A DNA stretch of 64,000 bases, from assembly GCA_049700195.1 (NCBI GenBank), contig JBNAVY010000003.1, positions 17,860 through 81,859 on the forward strand, written 5' to 3'. Below the pieces are notes generated by a model, which saw nothing but the letters and a program-made list of their open reading frames with translations, was not told where the DNA came from and ran no database searches. Both the position numbers and the translations under genes were made by a program. Shown here in pieces: positions 17,480 to 26,610 of this stretch. Numbering within the stretch: the first letter of the stretch is position 1; each line of letters opens with the position of its first letter. Origin of the DNA: Thermoanaerobacteraceae bacterium (GTDB lineage: Bacteria; Bacillota; Thermoanaerobacteria; Thermoanaerobacterales; Thermoanaerobacteraceae).

Positions 17480-19341
17480 ACAAAATAATTTTATTAGATG
17501 ATAAACTTATTAATAAAATTGCTGCAGGCGAAGTTGTAGAAAGACCCGCTTCTATAGTTAAAGAACTTGTAGAAAATTCTATAGACGCAAATAGTAAAAA
17601 TATTTCAATTGAAATAATTGATGGAGGAATACCTTATATAAAAGTTTCAGATGATGGTAATGGAATGGACGAGGTTGATTCTGTTCTTGCCTTTTCCCGT
17701 CATGCTACAAGTAAAATAAAAGCAGATAAAGATTTATACAGCATTAATACGTTAGGTTTTAGAGGTGAAGCCCTTGCAAGCATTGCGGCTATATCTAAAG
17801 TTACACTTCTTACAAGAGAAGAAACCTCTCAATTAGGTGTCAAATTATCAATAGAAGGCGGTAAAATTCTTGAAAAACAACCTAGCGGATGTCAAAAAGG
17901 CACATCTGTAGAAATAAAAGATGTGTTTTATAATACTCCTGCAAGACGAAAATTTCTAAAACGTCCTTCTACAGAAGCTATGTATATTTCTGATATAATT
18001 ATTAAAATAGCCCTGTCACATCCTGAGATTTCGTTTAAATATTTAAAAGATAAAAAGTTACAATTTATAACATCCGGTAATAAAAATATAGAGGATGTTA
18101 TAATAAGACTTTTTGGAAGTGACATTATTGAACAGCTTTTATATGGTGATTATGAAGATGAATATTTAAATATAAAAATATACATGGGGAAAAATTCTCT
18201 AAACAAATCAAATAGAAATATGCAATTTTTTTTTGTTAATGGCAGATATATAAAAAACAAAACTTTAACTGCAGCAGTTGATGAGGCTTATAAAACATAT
18301 ATACCTATAAATAGGTATCCTGTTGTTTTTATGTATATTAATATTGATCCTCGCCAAATTGACGTAAATATTCATCCGTCAAAACTTGAAATAAAGTTTT
18401 CAGATGATAAAACTATATTCAATACTGTATATGATACTATAAAAAATACGTTAAAAAGCAATAACTTAATACCTGATGGATTTTTAAATAAAGTAAAACC
18501 AACATTTAAATTTAATGAAGTCAATAATAAAATCGTTGGAAAACAAGAAAAAATAGAATTTACTTCTTTAAAAAACGAACATCAAAAAAACAATAATATA
18601 TTTGAGGAAATAAAAAATCAAGATAATCAAGACAATAATGAAAATAATTATAGTAATGATAAAATTACAAATGAATTTTACCAACAACAAAATAATGAAT
18701 CTAAAATTTGTGAAAACAATACACAAACACCTGAATTCGAAACAAAATATAATAAACTTAAAGAGGAAATTTCAGACATTAAAATAATTGGAACTCTTTT
18801 TTCTACATATATAATTGTTGAAAAAGAGGATGTATTTTATATTATTGATCAACATGCTGCTCATGAAAGAATTTTATATGAAAAATTTATGAATAAATTT
18901 GATAAAGTTCAAGCTAAGCAAACTACATTTCCAATTGTAGTTAATCTACAATATAATGATTTAGAAATATTAAATGATGAAAAAGAACTTATAGAGAATT
19001 TAGGCTTTAGATATGAACAGTTTGGAGGTAATTCCGTTATATTAAGAGAAGTTCCAGTTATATTAGGACAACCAGAAGCAAAACAGCTTTTTATAGATAT
19101 AATAGAAAAATTAAAAGATAAAGAAATAACTAATAAAATTCATTTAAAAGAAGAAAATATAACAATGATGGCTTGCAAAGCTGCAGTAAAAGCTATGGAC
19201 AAACTATCAAATGAAGAAATTATTAAACTTTTTGAAGATCTTAAAGTTGCAGAAAACCCTTATACTTGCCCTCATGGACGGCCATTAATAGTTTCAATAA
19301 CCAAAAACCAGTTAGAAAAAATGTTTAAACGAATAATGTAA
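17476..19341 (+). CDS. mutL: DNA mismatch repair protein MutL
   Basis: 621 aa; GHKL ATPase motifs (ELVENSIDA, DDGNGM, GFRGEALASI); N/Q-rich linker; ATGA overlap with mutS. Confidence 0.97.
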   Translation: MNKIILLDDKLINKIAAGEVVERPASIVKELVENSIDANSKNISIEIIDGGIPYIKVSDDGNGMDEVDSVLAFSRHATSKIKADKDLYSINTLGFRGEALASIAAISKVTLLTREETSQLGVKLSIEGGKILEKQPSGCQKGTSVEIKDVFYNTPARRKFLKRPSTEAMYISDIIIKIALSHPEISFKYLKDKKLQFITSGNKNIEDVIIRLFGSDIIEQLLYGDYEDEYLNIKIYMGKNSLNKSNRNMQFFFVNGRYIKNKTLTAAVDEAYKTYIPINRYPVVFMYINIDPRQIDVNIHPSKLEIKFSDDKTIFNTVYDTIKNTLKSNNLIPDGFLNKVKPTFKFNEVNNKIVGKQEKIEFTSLKNEHQKNNNIFEEIKNQDNQDNNENNYSNDKITNEFYQQQNNESKICENNTQTPEFETKYNKLKEEISDIKIIGTLFSTYIIVEKEDVFYIIDQHAAHERILYEKFMNKFDKVQAKQTTFPIVVNLQYNDLEILNDEKELIENLGFRYEQFGGNSVILREVPVILGQPEAKQLFIDIIEKLKDKEITNKIHLKEENITMMACKAAVKAMDKLSNEEIIKLFEDLKVAENPYTCPHGRPLIVSITKNQLEKMFKRIM

Positions 19342-19366
19342 AATTAGCAATAGAAAAGGTGATAAA

Positions 19367-20314
19367 ATGCCAATACCTATAGTTATAATAGCTGGTCCTA
19401 CTGCTTCAGGCAAAACAAGATTATCAATAGATACAGCTAAAAATTTTAACGGAGAAATAATTTCTGCAGATTCTATGCAAATATATAAAAATATGGATAT
19501 AGGCACTGCAAAAATAAGGGAAGCAGAAATGGAAAATATACCTCACTATTTAATAGATATTGTAGATCCTGATTACGATTTTAGTGTAGCAGAATTTGAA
19601 AGGATGGCAAAAGCTGCAATTACTGATATATACAAAAGAAACAAACTACCTATTATAGTTGGAGGAACGGGGCTATATATAAATTCTATTGTTTATACTA
19701 TGAATTTTTCTGACTTTGAAGCTGAACCTGAATTTAGAAACAAATTAAAAAAGATTGCCCAAAGATTCGGAAGTAAAATATTATATAATAGATTAGTAAA
19801 AGAAGATCCCGAAACAGCTTTTAAAATACACCCTAATGACACTAAAAGAATAATCAGAGCCTTAGAAGTTAAAAAATATACAGGTTTTCCCATTTCTTAT
19901 TATCAAAAAGAAAGTGGGAAAAGAATAAATAAAGAATTTAATACTATTATGATAGGATTAAATTTTAGAAATCGTGAATTACTTTATAAAAGAATAAATG
20001 ATCGTGTTGATAATATGATAAAAAATAATTTAATAAATGAAGTGGAAAAATTACTAAAAATAGGTTATAATAAAAACAGTACTGCTATGCAAGCATTAGG
20101 ATATAAAGAAATTATTGAATACTTAAATGGTAAAGTGTCTTTAGATGAGGCTACAGAAAAAATAAAGCAAAATACAAGGAGGTATGCAAAAAGACAAATT
20201 ACATGGTTTAAAAGTTATAAATTTATCAAATGGTTTTATGTAGATGATTATTTAAATTATGATGATCTTAAAAAAAATATTTTTAGTTATTTTGCAGGAA
20301 AATTGCAACTTTGA
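19367..20314 (+). CDS. miaA: tRNA dimethylallyltransferase
   Basis: 315 aa; P-loop GPTASGKT; mutL-miaA-hfq synteny. Confidence 0.95.
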   Translation: MPIPIVIIAGPTASGKTRLSIDTAKNFNGEIISADSMQIYKNMDIGTAKIREAEMENIPHYLIDIVDPDYDFSVAEFERMAKAAITDIYKRNKLPIIVGGTGLYINSIVYTMNFSDFEAEPEFRNKLKKIAQRFGSKILYNRLVKEDPETAFKIHPNDTKRIIRALEVKKYTGFPISYYQKESGKRINKEFNTIMIGLNFRNRELLYKRINDRVDNMIKNNLINEVEKLLKIGYNKNSTAMQALGYKEIIEYLNGKVSLDEATEKIKQNTRRYAKRQITWFKSYKFIKWFYVDDYLNYDDLKKNIFSYFAGKLQL

Positions 20315-20320
20315 TAGAAT
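20294..20320 (+). promoter_or_regulatory. hfq promoter candidate GCAGGAAAA-N11-ATAGAAT (sigma-H-like; also TTGCAG-17-TAGAAT)
   Basis: Read directly; -35 element inside the last miaA codons; 37 nt upstream of hfq ATG 20358. Confidence 0.45.
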
Positions 20321-20357
20321 ATAAGTAATAATACAAAATACATTAAGGGGGATGGCC

Positions 20358-20615
20358 ATGAATAATACAAAAACAGCTATCAATCTACAAGATATTTTTT
20401 TAAATCAAGTAAGAAAAGAGCACATAGCAGTTACAATTTATTTGATTAATGGATTCCAATTAAAAGGTATGGTAAAAGGATTTGATAATTTCACGGTAGT
20501 GTTAGAATCAGAAAATAAACAACAATTGATGATTTATAAACATGCCGTTTCTACAATTACCCCTCAAAAACCAGTAATCTTTTCAACTTCTGAAAGAGAG
20601 GAAAAACAGTATTAG
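20358..20615 (+). CDS. hfq: RNA chaperone Hfq
   Basis: Sm fold [39 protein letters not shown]; ATG 20358 has 6-nt spacing from AAGGGGG, ATG 20352 has none. Confidence 0.95.
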   Translation: MNNTKTAINLQDIFLNQVRKEHIAVTIYLINGFQLKGMVKGFDNFTVVLESENKQQLMIYKHAVSTITPQKPVIFSTSEREEKQY

Positions 20616-20636
20616 AATCCTAATACTGTTTTTTTA
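20605..20636 (+). terminator. Rho-independent terminator of hfq
   Basis: AACAGTATTA-gaatcc-TAATACTGTT followed by T5; stop codon lies in the stem. Confidence 0.8.
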
Positions 20637-20664
20637 AAAAATTTAAGTTAGGGGAGATATGAAT

Positions 20665-21453
20665 ATGAAAATAGGCTTTATTGGTGTAGGAAACATGGGA
20701 TTTGCTTTATTGAAAGGAATATTAAACTCTAATTTTGTAAAACCTGAAAACATAATAATTTATGACAGTGCAACAGAAAAATCAAATGCTATAAAAGAAG
20801 AATTTAAAATAAATATAGCTGATAATAATATAAATCTTGTACAAGAGGCTGATATTATTATTCTTGCTATAAAACCAAACATATATGATTTAATACTAAA
20901 AGAAATCAAAGGAGTTTTAAACCCTAACAAACTTATTATAACAATAGCACCTGGTATAACAATTGAACATGTTAAATCTATAATAAAAGCTGGAAAAGTT
21001 ATAAGAACGATTCCTAATACACCTGCACTTATAGGAGAAGGTATCACAGCTATTGCATATTCTGATGACACAAACGAAGAAGATAAAGAGGTAGCCAGAA
21101 AAATTTTTAGAACTTGTGGAGAAATTGTAGAACTAAATGAAAGCTTAATTGATGCAGCAATGGCAGTTTCAAGCTGTAGTCCTGCATTTACTTATATGTT
21201 TATTGAGGCTTTATCCGATGCAGGAGTGGCATTAGGTCTACCAAGAGATATTGCCTATAAATTATCATCAAAAGCTTTATCTGGATCTGGAAATATGGTT
21301 TTAAAAACTGGACTTCATCCGGGACAATTAAAAGATATGGTAACGTCACCAGGAGGAACAACAATTCAAGGGGTTAGAATTTTAGAAAAACAAGGCATGA
21401 GAAGCGCTGTTATTGAAGCGGTTATTTCTTCATATCAAAAAGCAAAGGAATAA
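20665..21453 (+). CDS. proC: Pyrroline-5-carboxylate reductase
   Basis: IGFIGVGNMG Rossmann fold, C-terminal SPGGTT; ATG 20665 has better SD spacing than 20659. Confidence 0.92.
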   Translation: MKIGFIGVGNMGFALLKGILNSNFVKPENIIIYDSATEKSNAIKEEFKINIADNNINLVQEADIIILAIKPNIYDLILKEIKGVLNPNKLIITIAPGITIEHVKSIIKAGKVIRTIPNTPALIGEGITAIAYSDDTNEEDKEVARKIFRTCGEIVELNESLIDAAMAVSSCSPAFTYMFIEALSDAGVALGLPRDIAYKLSSKALSGSGNMVLKTGLHPGQLKDMVTSPGGTTIQGVRILEKQGMRSAVIEAVISSYQKAKE

Positions 21454-21460
21454 TAGAAAT

Positions 21461-21937
21461 ATGGAAAATAAGAATAATCAGCATAAAGATATTATAGAAA
21501 TCTATACAGATGGCGCCTGTAGTGGAAATCCAGGCCCTGGAGGTTGGGGTGCTATATTACTATATAAAGATGTTATACGAGAAATTTCAGGTTATGAAGA
21601 AAATACAACAAATAATAGAATGGAATTAAAAGCGGCTATTGAAGCTTTAAAACTATTAAAAAGACCTTGTAAAGTACATTTATACAGTGATAGCAGTTAT
21701 CTTGTCAATGCATTTAATTTAGGTTGGTTAGTTAAATGGAAAAAAAATAATTGGTTAAAATCTGATAAAACACCAGTTGAAAATAAAGACCTATGGGAAA
21801 AACTATCAGAGCTAACTCAAATCCATAATGTTAGTTGGATAAAAGTTAAAGGGCATTCTGATAATGAATATAATAATAAATGTGATAAACTTGCTACAGA
21901 TCAGATAAAACAAAACACATATAAAAAAAGTATATAA
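21461..21937 (+). CDS. rnhA: Ribonuclease HI
   Basis: IYTDGAC.GNPGPGGWG, NNRMEL, GHSD..N..CD motifs; track start 21413 overlaps proC, ATG 21461 gives the canonical N-terminus. Confidence 0.92.
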   Translation: MENKNNQHKDIIEIYTDGACSGNPGPGGWGAILLYKDVIREISGYEENTTNNRMELKAAIEALKLLKRPCKVHLYSDSSYLVNAFNLGWLVKWKKNNWLKSDKTPVENKDLWEKLSELTQIHNVSWIKVKGHSDNEYNNKCDKLATDQIKQNTYKKSI

Positions 21938-21966
21938 TATATATGTTTAACCTAATTTTTAATTAT

Positions 21967-22010
21967 TATACCCAATTATACGAAATATCTATTTCGTATA
22001 ATTGGGTATA
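21967..22010. repeat. Perfect 21-bp inverted repeat (TATACCCAATTATACGAAATA-tc-TATTTCGTATAATTGGGTATA)
   Basis: Arms 21967-21987 and 21990-22010 verified base by base; ends 1 nt before the GAAAGGAG RBS of the xerC-like gene. Confidence 0.95.
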
Positions 22011-22024
22011 GAAAGGAGCATTTG

Positions 22025-23002
22025 ATGGATAGATATTTATCATATAATAACAAAGAAATCCACCCCCCTCTTTTAGATGAATTTTTAAATTATTTTACTA
22101 CAGTAAAAGCCAGATCACCTAATACAATAAAAAGCTATACATATGATCTGAGTTTATTTTTTAGATTTATAAAATTAAGAAAAGGTCTTGCATCAGAAAA
22201 AGACAATTTTGACGAAATACCTATTTTTGATTTTGATTTATCTCTGGTCAGTTCTGTTGATTTAAATGATTTATATGCCTTTTTAACGTTTGTTACTCAG
22301 AACAGGTCTAATGCTCCTGCTGCTCGTGCTCGGAAAATAGCCAGCCTAAGAGCTTTTTACGGTTACCTCTATAAAAAAGCTAAAGTAATAGATAAAGATC
22401 CTACACAAGAATTGGAATCACCTAAGCTTTCAAATAGGCAACCAGTTTATATGACTCTGGAAGAAAGCCGAAAACTATTACATGTTATAGATGGACCATT
22501 TAAAGAAAGAGATTATGCTATAATAACTTTATTTTTAAATTGCGGTCTTCGTGTTTCTGAATTAGTAAATATAAATTTAAATGATATAAAAGAAGATAAA
22601 TTAACCGTTATAGGTAAAGGTAATAAACAAAGAACCATTTATTTAAATGATGCTGCCATAAATGCCATAAATGAATATCTAAAGGTAAGACCTCATGATA
22701 AAGTTAAAGATAAACAAGCATTATTTTTAAGTAGGAGACTTCAAAGAATTAGTGTGAAAACAGTCCAATACACTGTAAAAAAGTATATTAAAAATGCTGA
22801 TTTAGAAGGAAAAAAATATTCAACACATAAATTAAGGCATACTGCAGCAACCTTAATGTATAGATATGGCAATGTAGATATAAGAACTCTGCAGAAGCTT
22901 CTAGGGCATTCTAATGTATCTACAACTCAGATTTATACCCATGTTGATGATTCACAATTAAAAGATGCTATAAATAAAAATCCACTTTCTAATGAAAAAT
23001 GA
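22025..23002 (+). CDS. Site-specific tyrosine recombinase, XerC/XerD family
   Basis: 325 aa from ATG 22025; catalytic-domain motifs GLRVSE, HKLRHTAAT, LLGHSNVSTTQIYTHV; N-terminal SAM-like core-binding domain. Confidence 0.85.
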   Translation: MDRYLSYNNKEIHPPLLDEFLNYFTTVKARSPNTIKSYTYDLSLFFRFIKLRKGLASEKDNFDEIPIFDFDLSLVSSVDLNDLYAFLTFVTQNRSNAPAARARKIASLRAFYGYLYKKAKVIDKDPTQELESPKLSNRQPVYMTLEESRKLLHVIDGPFKERDYAIITLFLNCGLRVSELVNINLNDIKEDKLTVIGKGNKQRTIYLNDAAINAINEYLKVRPHDKVKDKQALFLSRRLQRISVKTVQYTVKKYIKNADLEGKKYSTHKLRHTAATLMYRYGNVDIRTLQKLLGHSNVSTTQIYTHVDDSQLKDAINKNPLSNEK

Positions 23003-23030
23003 AGCTAAAATAATAATTTATTTTAGCTTC
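23001..23030. terminator. Bidirectional terminator hairpin between convergent genes
   Basis: GAAGCTAAAATA-ataatt-TATTTTAGCTTC, perfect 12-bp arms; overlaps the xerC-like stop and the last ynbB codons. Confidence 0.65.
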
Positions 23031-24310
23031 AAAAATCCCTTCTTATAAAGATTATTTACAGCAATAGCAATTCCAAGTTTAACTTGATAATATGTCAATC
23101 CACCTTGAACATATGCCGTATATGGTTTTCTAATTGGTGCATCCGCACTTAATTCAATTGATGATCCTTGTATAAATCCACCAGCAGCCATAATTACTTT
23201 ATCATCATATCCAGGCATATCCCACGGCTCTGGATCTACATGGGAGTCAACAGGTGATCCTTTTTGTATTCCCTGAATAAAACTTATAAGTTCTTCTTCT
23301 GTATTAAATCTTACTGCTTGTACAATATCTGTACGTCTATCATCATATTTTGGAATGACATCATAACCTAATAGTTCCATTATCCTTGATAATAAAACAG
23401 CACCTTTTAAAGCTTCACCTACAATTTTTGGAGCAAAAAATAAACCTTGTAAAATTAATCTATTTGTATCTAAAGAGGGACCTACTTCTTTTCCTATTCC
23501 AGGTGCATAAAGTCTATATGCAGCATTTTCAACAAGATTTTTTTTACCAACTACATACCCACCAGTAGGAGCAATTCCTCCACCTATATTTTTAATAAGA
23601 GAACCTGCCACTATATCTGCACCAACTTCAATTGGTTCTTTAATTTCTGTAAACTCTCCATAACAATTATCCACAAAAACGATTATGTCTTTTTTTACTT
23701 CTTTTATTTTTATTATTGCTTTTTCAATATCATCTATAGATAAAGAATTTCTGTAATCATATCCTTTAGAACGCTGAATCATTATCATTTTTGTTTTACT
23801 ATTTATAGAGCTTATTACACTTTTTATATCTATTTCTCCATTATTTATAAGTGGAATTTCTTTATATGAAACGCCATAATCTTTTAAAGACCCTCTGCCC
23901 TGCTCTCCCTTTAAACCTATTATTTCTTCTAATGTGTCGTAGGGATGACCACAAGCCGATATAAGCTGGTCATTTGGCTTTAAATTTGAAAATAGACATA
24001 ATGATATGGCATGGGTTCCAGAAACGATCTGAGGTCTTACTAAGGCATCCTCAGCTTTAAATATATCTGAATATATTTTTTCTATTTCATTTCTTCCTAT
24101 ATCTCCATATCCATAACCAGTAGTTCCATTAAAATGAATATCGCTTAACTTGTTCTGCTGAAAACTATACAATACTTTATATTGGTTATATTCTACTATT
24201 TTATCGATGTTTTCGAATATAGTTTTAGAATCCTTTTCTGATTTTTCTAACAAAAAAATTACATCATCTAAGATGTAAAAATTATTTTTCAAATAATTTT
24301 TAAAACTCAT
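23018..24310 (-). CDS. ynbB: PLP-dependent methionine gamma-lyase-like protein (YnbB / aluminium-resistance family)
   Basis: 430 aa; family-typical length and motifs (SGTHAI, KNIGGGIAPTGGY). Confidence 0.8.
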   Translation of the reverse strand: MSFKNYLKNNFYILDDVIFLLEKSEKDSKTIFENIDKIVEYNQYKVLYSFQQNKLSDIHFNGTTGYGYGDIGRNEIEKIYSDIFKAEDALVRPQIVSGTHAISLCLFSNLKPNDQLISACGHPYDTLEEIIGLKGEQGRGSLKDYGVSYKEIPLINNGEIDIKSVISSINSKTKMIMIQRSKGYDYRNSLSIDDIEKAIIKIKEVKKDIIVFVDNCYGEFTEIKEPIEVGADIVAGSLIKNIGGGIAPTGGYVVGKKNLVENAAYRLYAPGIGKEVGPSLDTNRLILQGLFFAPKIVGEALKGAVLLSRIMELLGYDVIPKYDDRRTDIVQAVRFNTEEELISFIQGIQKGSPVDSHVDPEPWDMPGYDDKVIMAAGGFIQGSSIELSADAPIRKPYTAYVQGGLTYYQVKLGIAIAVNNLYKKGFLKLK

Positions 24311-24314
24311 CTTT

Positions 24315-25223
24315 TCAGTCCTCTCTAATATCTATACTATCAATTGTCATTAAATCATCTCTAGTTATTGTTTTTTTATTTAAAGTCCTAACAGCATGTT
24401 TTCTAATGGCCTTTTCAATTATGTTTCTAATTAAGCGCGCATTTCCTATCTGCCTTGAATTTTCATCATATACAAGAACTTTCATTAATTTTTTTCTGGC
24501 AGTTTCAGTTAACTTATACTGTCTGTTTTTAATCATCGTATCTGCGATCTGCATTAATTCATCAACTGTATAATCAGGAAAGTCTATATGAATAGGAAAC
24601 CTAGAGCGAAGTCCAGGATTTGTATTTAAAAAATATTCCATTTCATATTTATATCCTGCCAAAATTAAAATAAATTTATTTTTATTATCCTCCATTTCTT
24701 TTACAAGTGTATCGATTGCTTCTTTCCCAAAGTCCTTTTCTCCACCTCTTGCCAAAGAATAAGCTTCATCAACAAAAAGAATACCACCCAAAGATTTTTT
24801 TATATTTTCCCTTACTCTATGAGCTGTATGTCCAATATATTCTCCAACAAGGTCTGCTCTTTCTACTTCAACTAAATGACCTTTTTCCAAAACACCAATA
24901 CTTTTTAAAAGTTTCCCCAGGATTCTTGCAACTGTTGTCTTACCAGTCCCAGGATTTCCTTTAAAAATCATATGTAAAACAATAGGATCTGTAGCGAGTC
25001 CTTCTTTTTTTCTTTTAATTTGGAGAAGAGATAATGCATATACTTCATTTATAACTTGTTTTACATTTGTAAGCCCAATAAGAGAATTTAACTCTTTTAA
25101 AGCTTCATCTCTTAAATCAGTATCATTTTTACTGTATTCTGTATTAAAATTTGAATCTGTTTTTTCTTCAGATTTAAATTTCTCAAACTTATAATTTTCA
25201 AAATGTATTGGCCATAGTCCCAT
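24315..25223 (-). CDS. spoVK: Stage V sporulation protein K (AAA+ ATPase, CbxX/SpoVK family)
   Basis: Walker A GNPGTGKTT, Walker B ILFVDEAY; ATG 25223 preferred over track TTG 25238, which lies in a hairpin arm. Confidence 0.85.
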   Translation of the reverse strand: MGLWPIHFENYKFEKFKSEEKTDSNFNTEYSKNDTDLRDEALKELNSLIGLTNVKQVINEVYALSLLQIKRKKEGLATDPIVLHMIFKGNPGTGKTTVARILGKLLKSIGVLEKGHLVEVERADLVGEYIGHTAHRVRENIKKSLGGILFVDEAYSLARGGEKDFGKEAIDTLVKEMEDNKNKFILILAGYKYEMEYFLNTNPGLRSRFPIHIDFPDYTVDELMQIADTMIKNRQYKLTETARKKLMKVLVYDENSRQIGNARLIRNIIEKAIRKHAVRTLNKKTITRDDLMTIDSIDIRED

Positions 25224-25279
25224 AAAATCACATCCCAAACCATATTATTATCATTTTATTTTATGATATTGGGATGTGA
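25221..25279 (-). terminator. Candidate asnS terminator with large loop
   Basis: 11-bp perfect arms TCACATCCCAA / TTGGGATGTGA (25228-25238, 25269-25279), 30-nt loop, followed on the minus strand by TTTTAT. Confidence 0.35.
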
Positions 25280-25284
25280 AAAGT
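25257..25284 (-). promoter_or_regulatory. Candidate sigma-K-type promoter (AC-N17-CATAAAATA) for spoVK
   Basis: Read on the minus strand inside the hairpin loop; matches AC-16/17-CATAnnnTA as I recall it; short AT-rich motif, chance match possible. Confidence 0.25.
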
Positions 25285-25290
25285 GAATTA

Positions 25291-26586
25291 TTATGGTTTT
25301 ATTCTAGTTAAGGTCCTTGGGAATGGAATACATTCTCTAACATGTTCTGTATTAGTAATCCATGCAACAGTCCTTTCTATACCAAGACCAAATCCAGAAT
25401 GTGGTACTGTACCATATTTTCTTAAATCTATATACCAATCATATATTTCCATTGGCAGATTTTCTTCTTTTAATCTTTTAAGTAATAAATCATAATCATG
25501 TATACGTTGGCTGCCACCAATAATTTCACCATAACCCTCAGGTGCAAGTAAATCTGCACATAAAACTACCTCTGGCCTGTCTTCTTTTGGCTGCATATAA
25601 AATGCTTTGCATTTTGCAGGATATTCAGTTATAAAAACAGGTTTTTCAAATTTATTTGATAAAAATGTTTCATCAGGAGCTCCTAAATCATCTCCCCATT
25701 CTATTTCATGACCATTGTTTTTGAGCATTTCAATTGCTTCATCATAAGATAATCTAGGAAAAGGTGTTTTAATTTTTTCTAATTTACTTATATCTCTCCC
25801 CAAAATTTCAAGTTCTTTTTTCCTATTTTTTAATACGCTTTGAACTATATATTCTATAAGTTGCTCTTGAAACTCCATATTCTGATAATGATCTACATAA
25901 GCCATTTCTGGTTCAACCATCCAAAACTCATTTAAATGTCTTCGGGTTTTTGATTTTTCAGCTCTAAAAGTAGGCCCAAAACAATATACATTACCAAAAG
26001 CCATTGCTGCAGCTTCCTGGTATAGTTGTCCTGTTTGTGATAAATAAGCACTTTCTCCAAAATAATCTATTTCAAATAAATTTGATGTACCTTCTGCAGC
26101 AGCAGGTGTAATAATTGGAGAATCAATTCTTATAAATTCTCTATTATTAAGAAATTCCTGAATAGCTTTAATTATCTCATGTCTTATTGTCAATAAAGCA
26201 TGCTGTTTAGGCATTCTAATCCATAAATGTCTATTATCTAATAAAAACTCAATGCCATGTTCTTTTAAAGATATTGGAAAGTCATCTATTGCTCTGTTTA
26301 CCAGTTCTATATTTTTTATTGTAAGTTCAAATCCAGATGGTGCTCGATCTTCTTTTCTTACTACTCCTGTAACAATAAGTGATGATTCTTGTGTAAGGGT
26401 ATCACATAGTTCAAAAACATCATCATTTACCTCGCCTTTGACAATGACTCCTTGAACAAAGCCGGAACCATCTCTTATCTGCAAGAATTTTATTTTCCCA
26501 CTAGAACGTTTATTATATAACCACCCATTTATTTTTACCTCTTGATTTTCGTATTCTTTCATATTATTTATTTTTATGGTTACCAT
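25291..26586 (-). CDS. asnS: Asparagine--tRNA ligase
   Basis: 431 aa; N-terminal OB anticodon-binding domain, class IIb motifs FRAE and GFGLGIER. Confidence 0.95.
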   Translation of the reverse strand: MVTIKINNMKEYENQEVKINGWLYNKRSSGKIKFLQIRDGSGFVQGVIVKGEVNDDVFELCDTLTQESSLIVTGVVRKEDRAPSGFELTIKNIELVNRAIDDFPISLKEHGIEFLLDNRHLWIRMPKQHALLTIRHEIIKAIQEFLNNREFIRIDSPIITPAAAEGTSNLFEIDYFGESAYLSQTGQLYQEAAAMAFGNVYCFGPTFRAEKSKTRRHLNEFWMVEPEMAYVDHYQNMEFQEQLIEYIVQSVLKNRKKELEILGRDISKLEKIKTPFPRLSYDEAIEMLKNNGHEIEWGDDLGAPDETFLSNKFEKPVFITEYPAKCKAFYMQPKEDRPEVVLCADLLAPEGYGEIIGGSQRIHDYDLLLKRLKEENLPMEIYDWYIDLRKYGTVPHSGFGLGIERTVAWITNTEHVRECIPFPRTLTRIKP

Positions 26587-26610
26587 AATTATATATATAC
26601 CTCCTAAATA

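Noticed and set aside
18540-18730. N/Q/K-rich low-complexity stretch with AAT/CAA repeats in mutL
   Set aside because: This is the typical disordered linker between the MutL ATPase and C-terminal domains. It is in frame, and it is not a tandem repeat array or an insertion element.
22025-23002. XerC-like recombinase as marker of an integrated mobile element
   Set aside because: There are no cargo genes, no flanking direct repeats and no tRNA. It is a single gene between the conserved rnhA and ynbB. It looks chromosomal, not an island.
26587-26610. T-box or riboswitch leaders before asnS, dapG (42442-42549), speH (11953-12046) and ribF
   Set aside because: The upstream gaps (24-108 nt) are too short and AT-rich. 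They lack specifier/T-box, L-box or SAM-box conserved cores.
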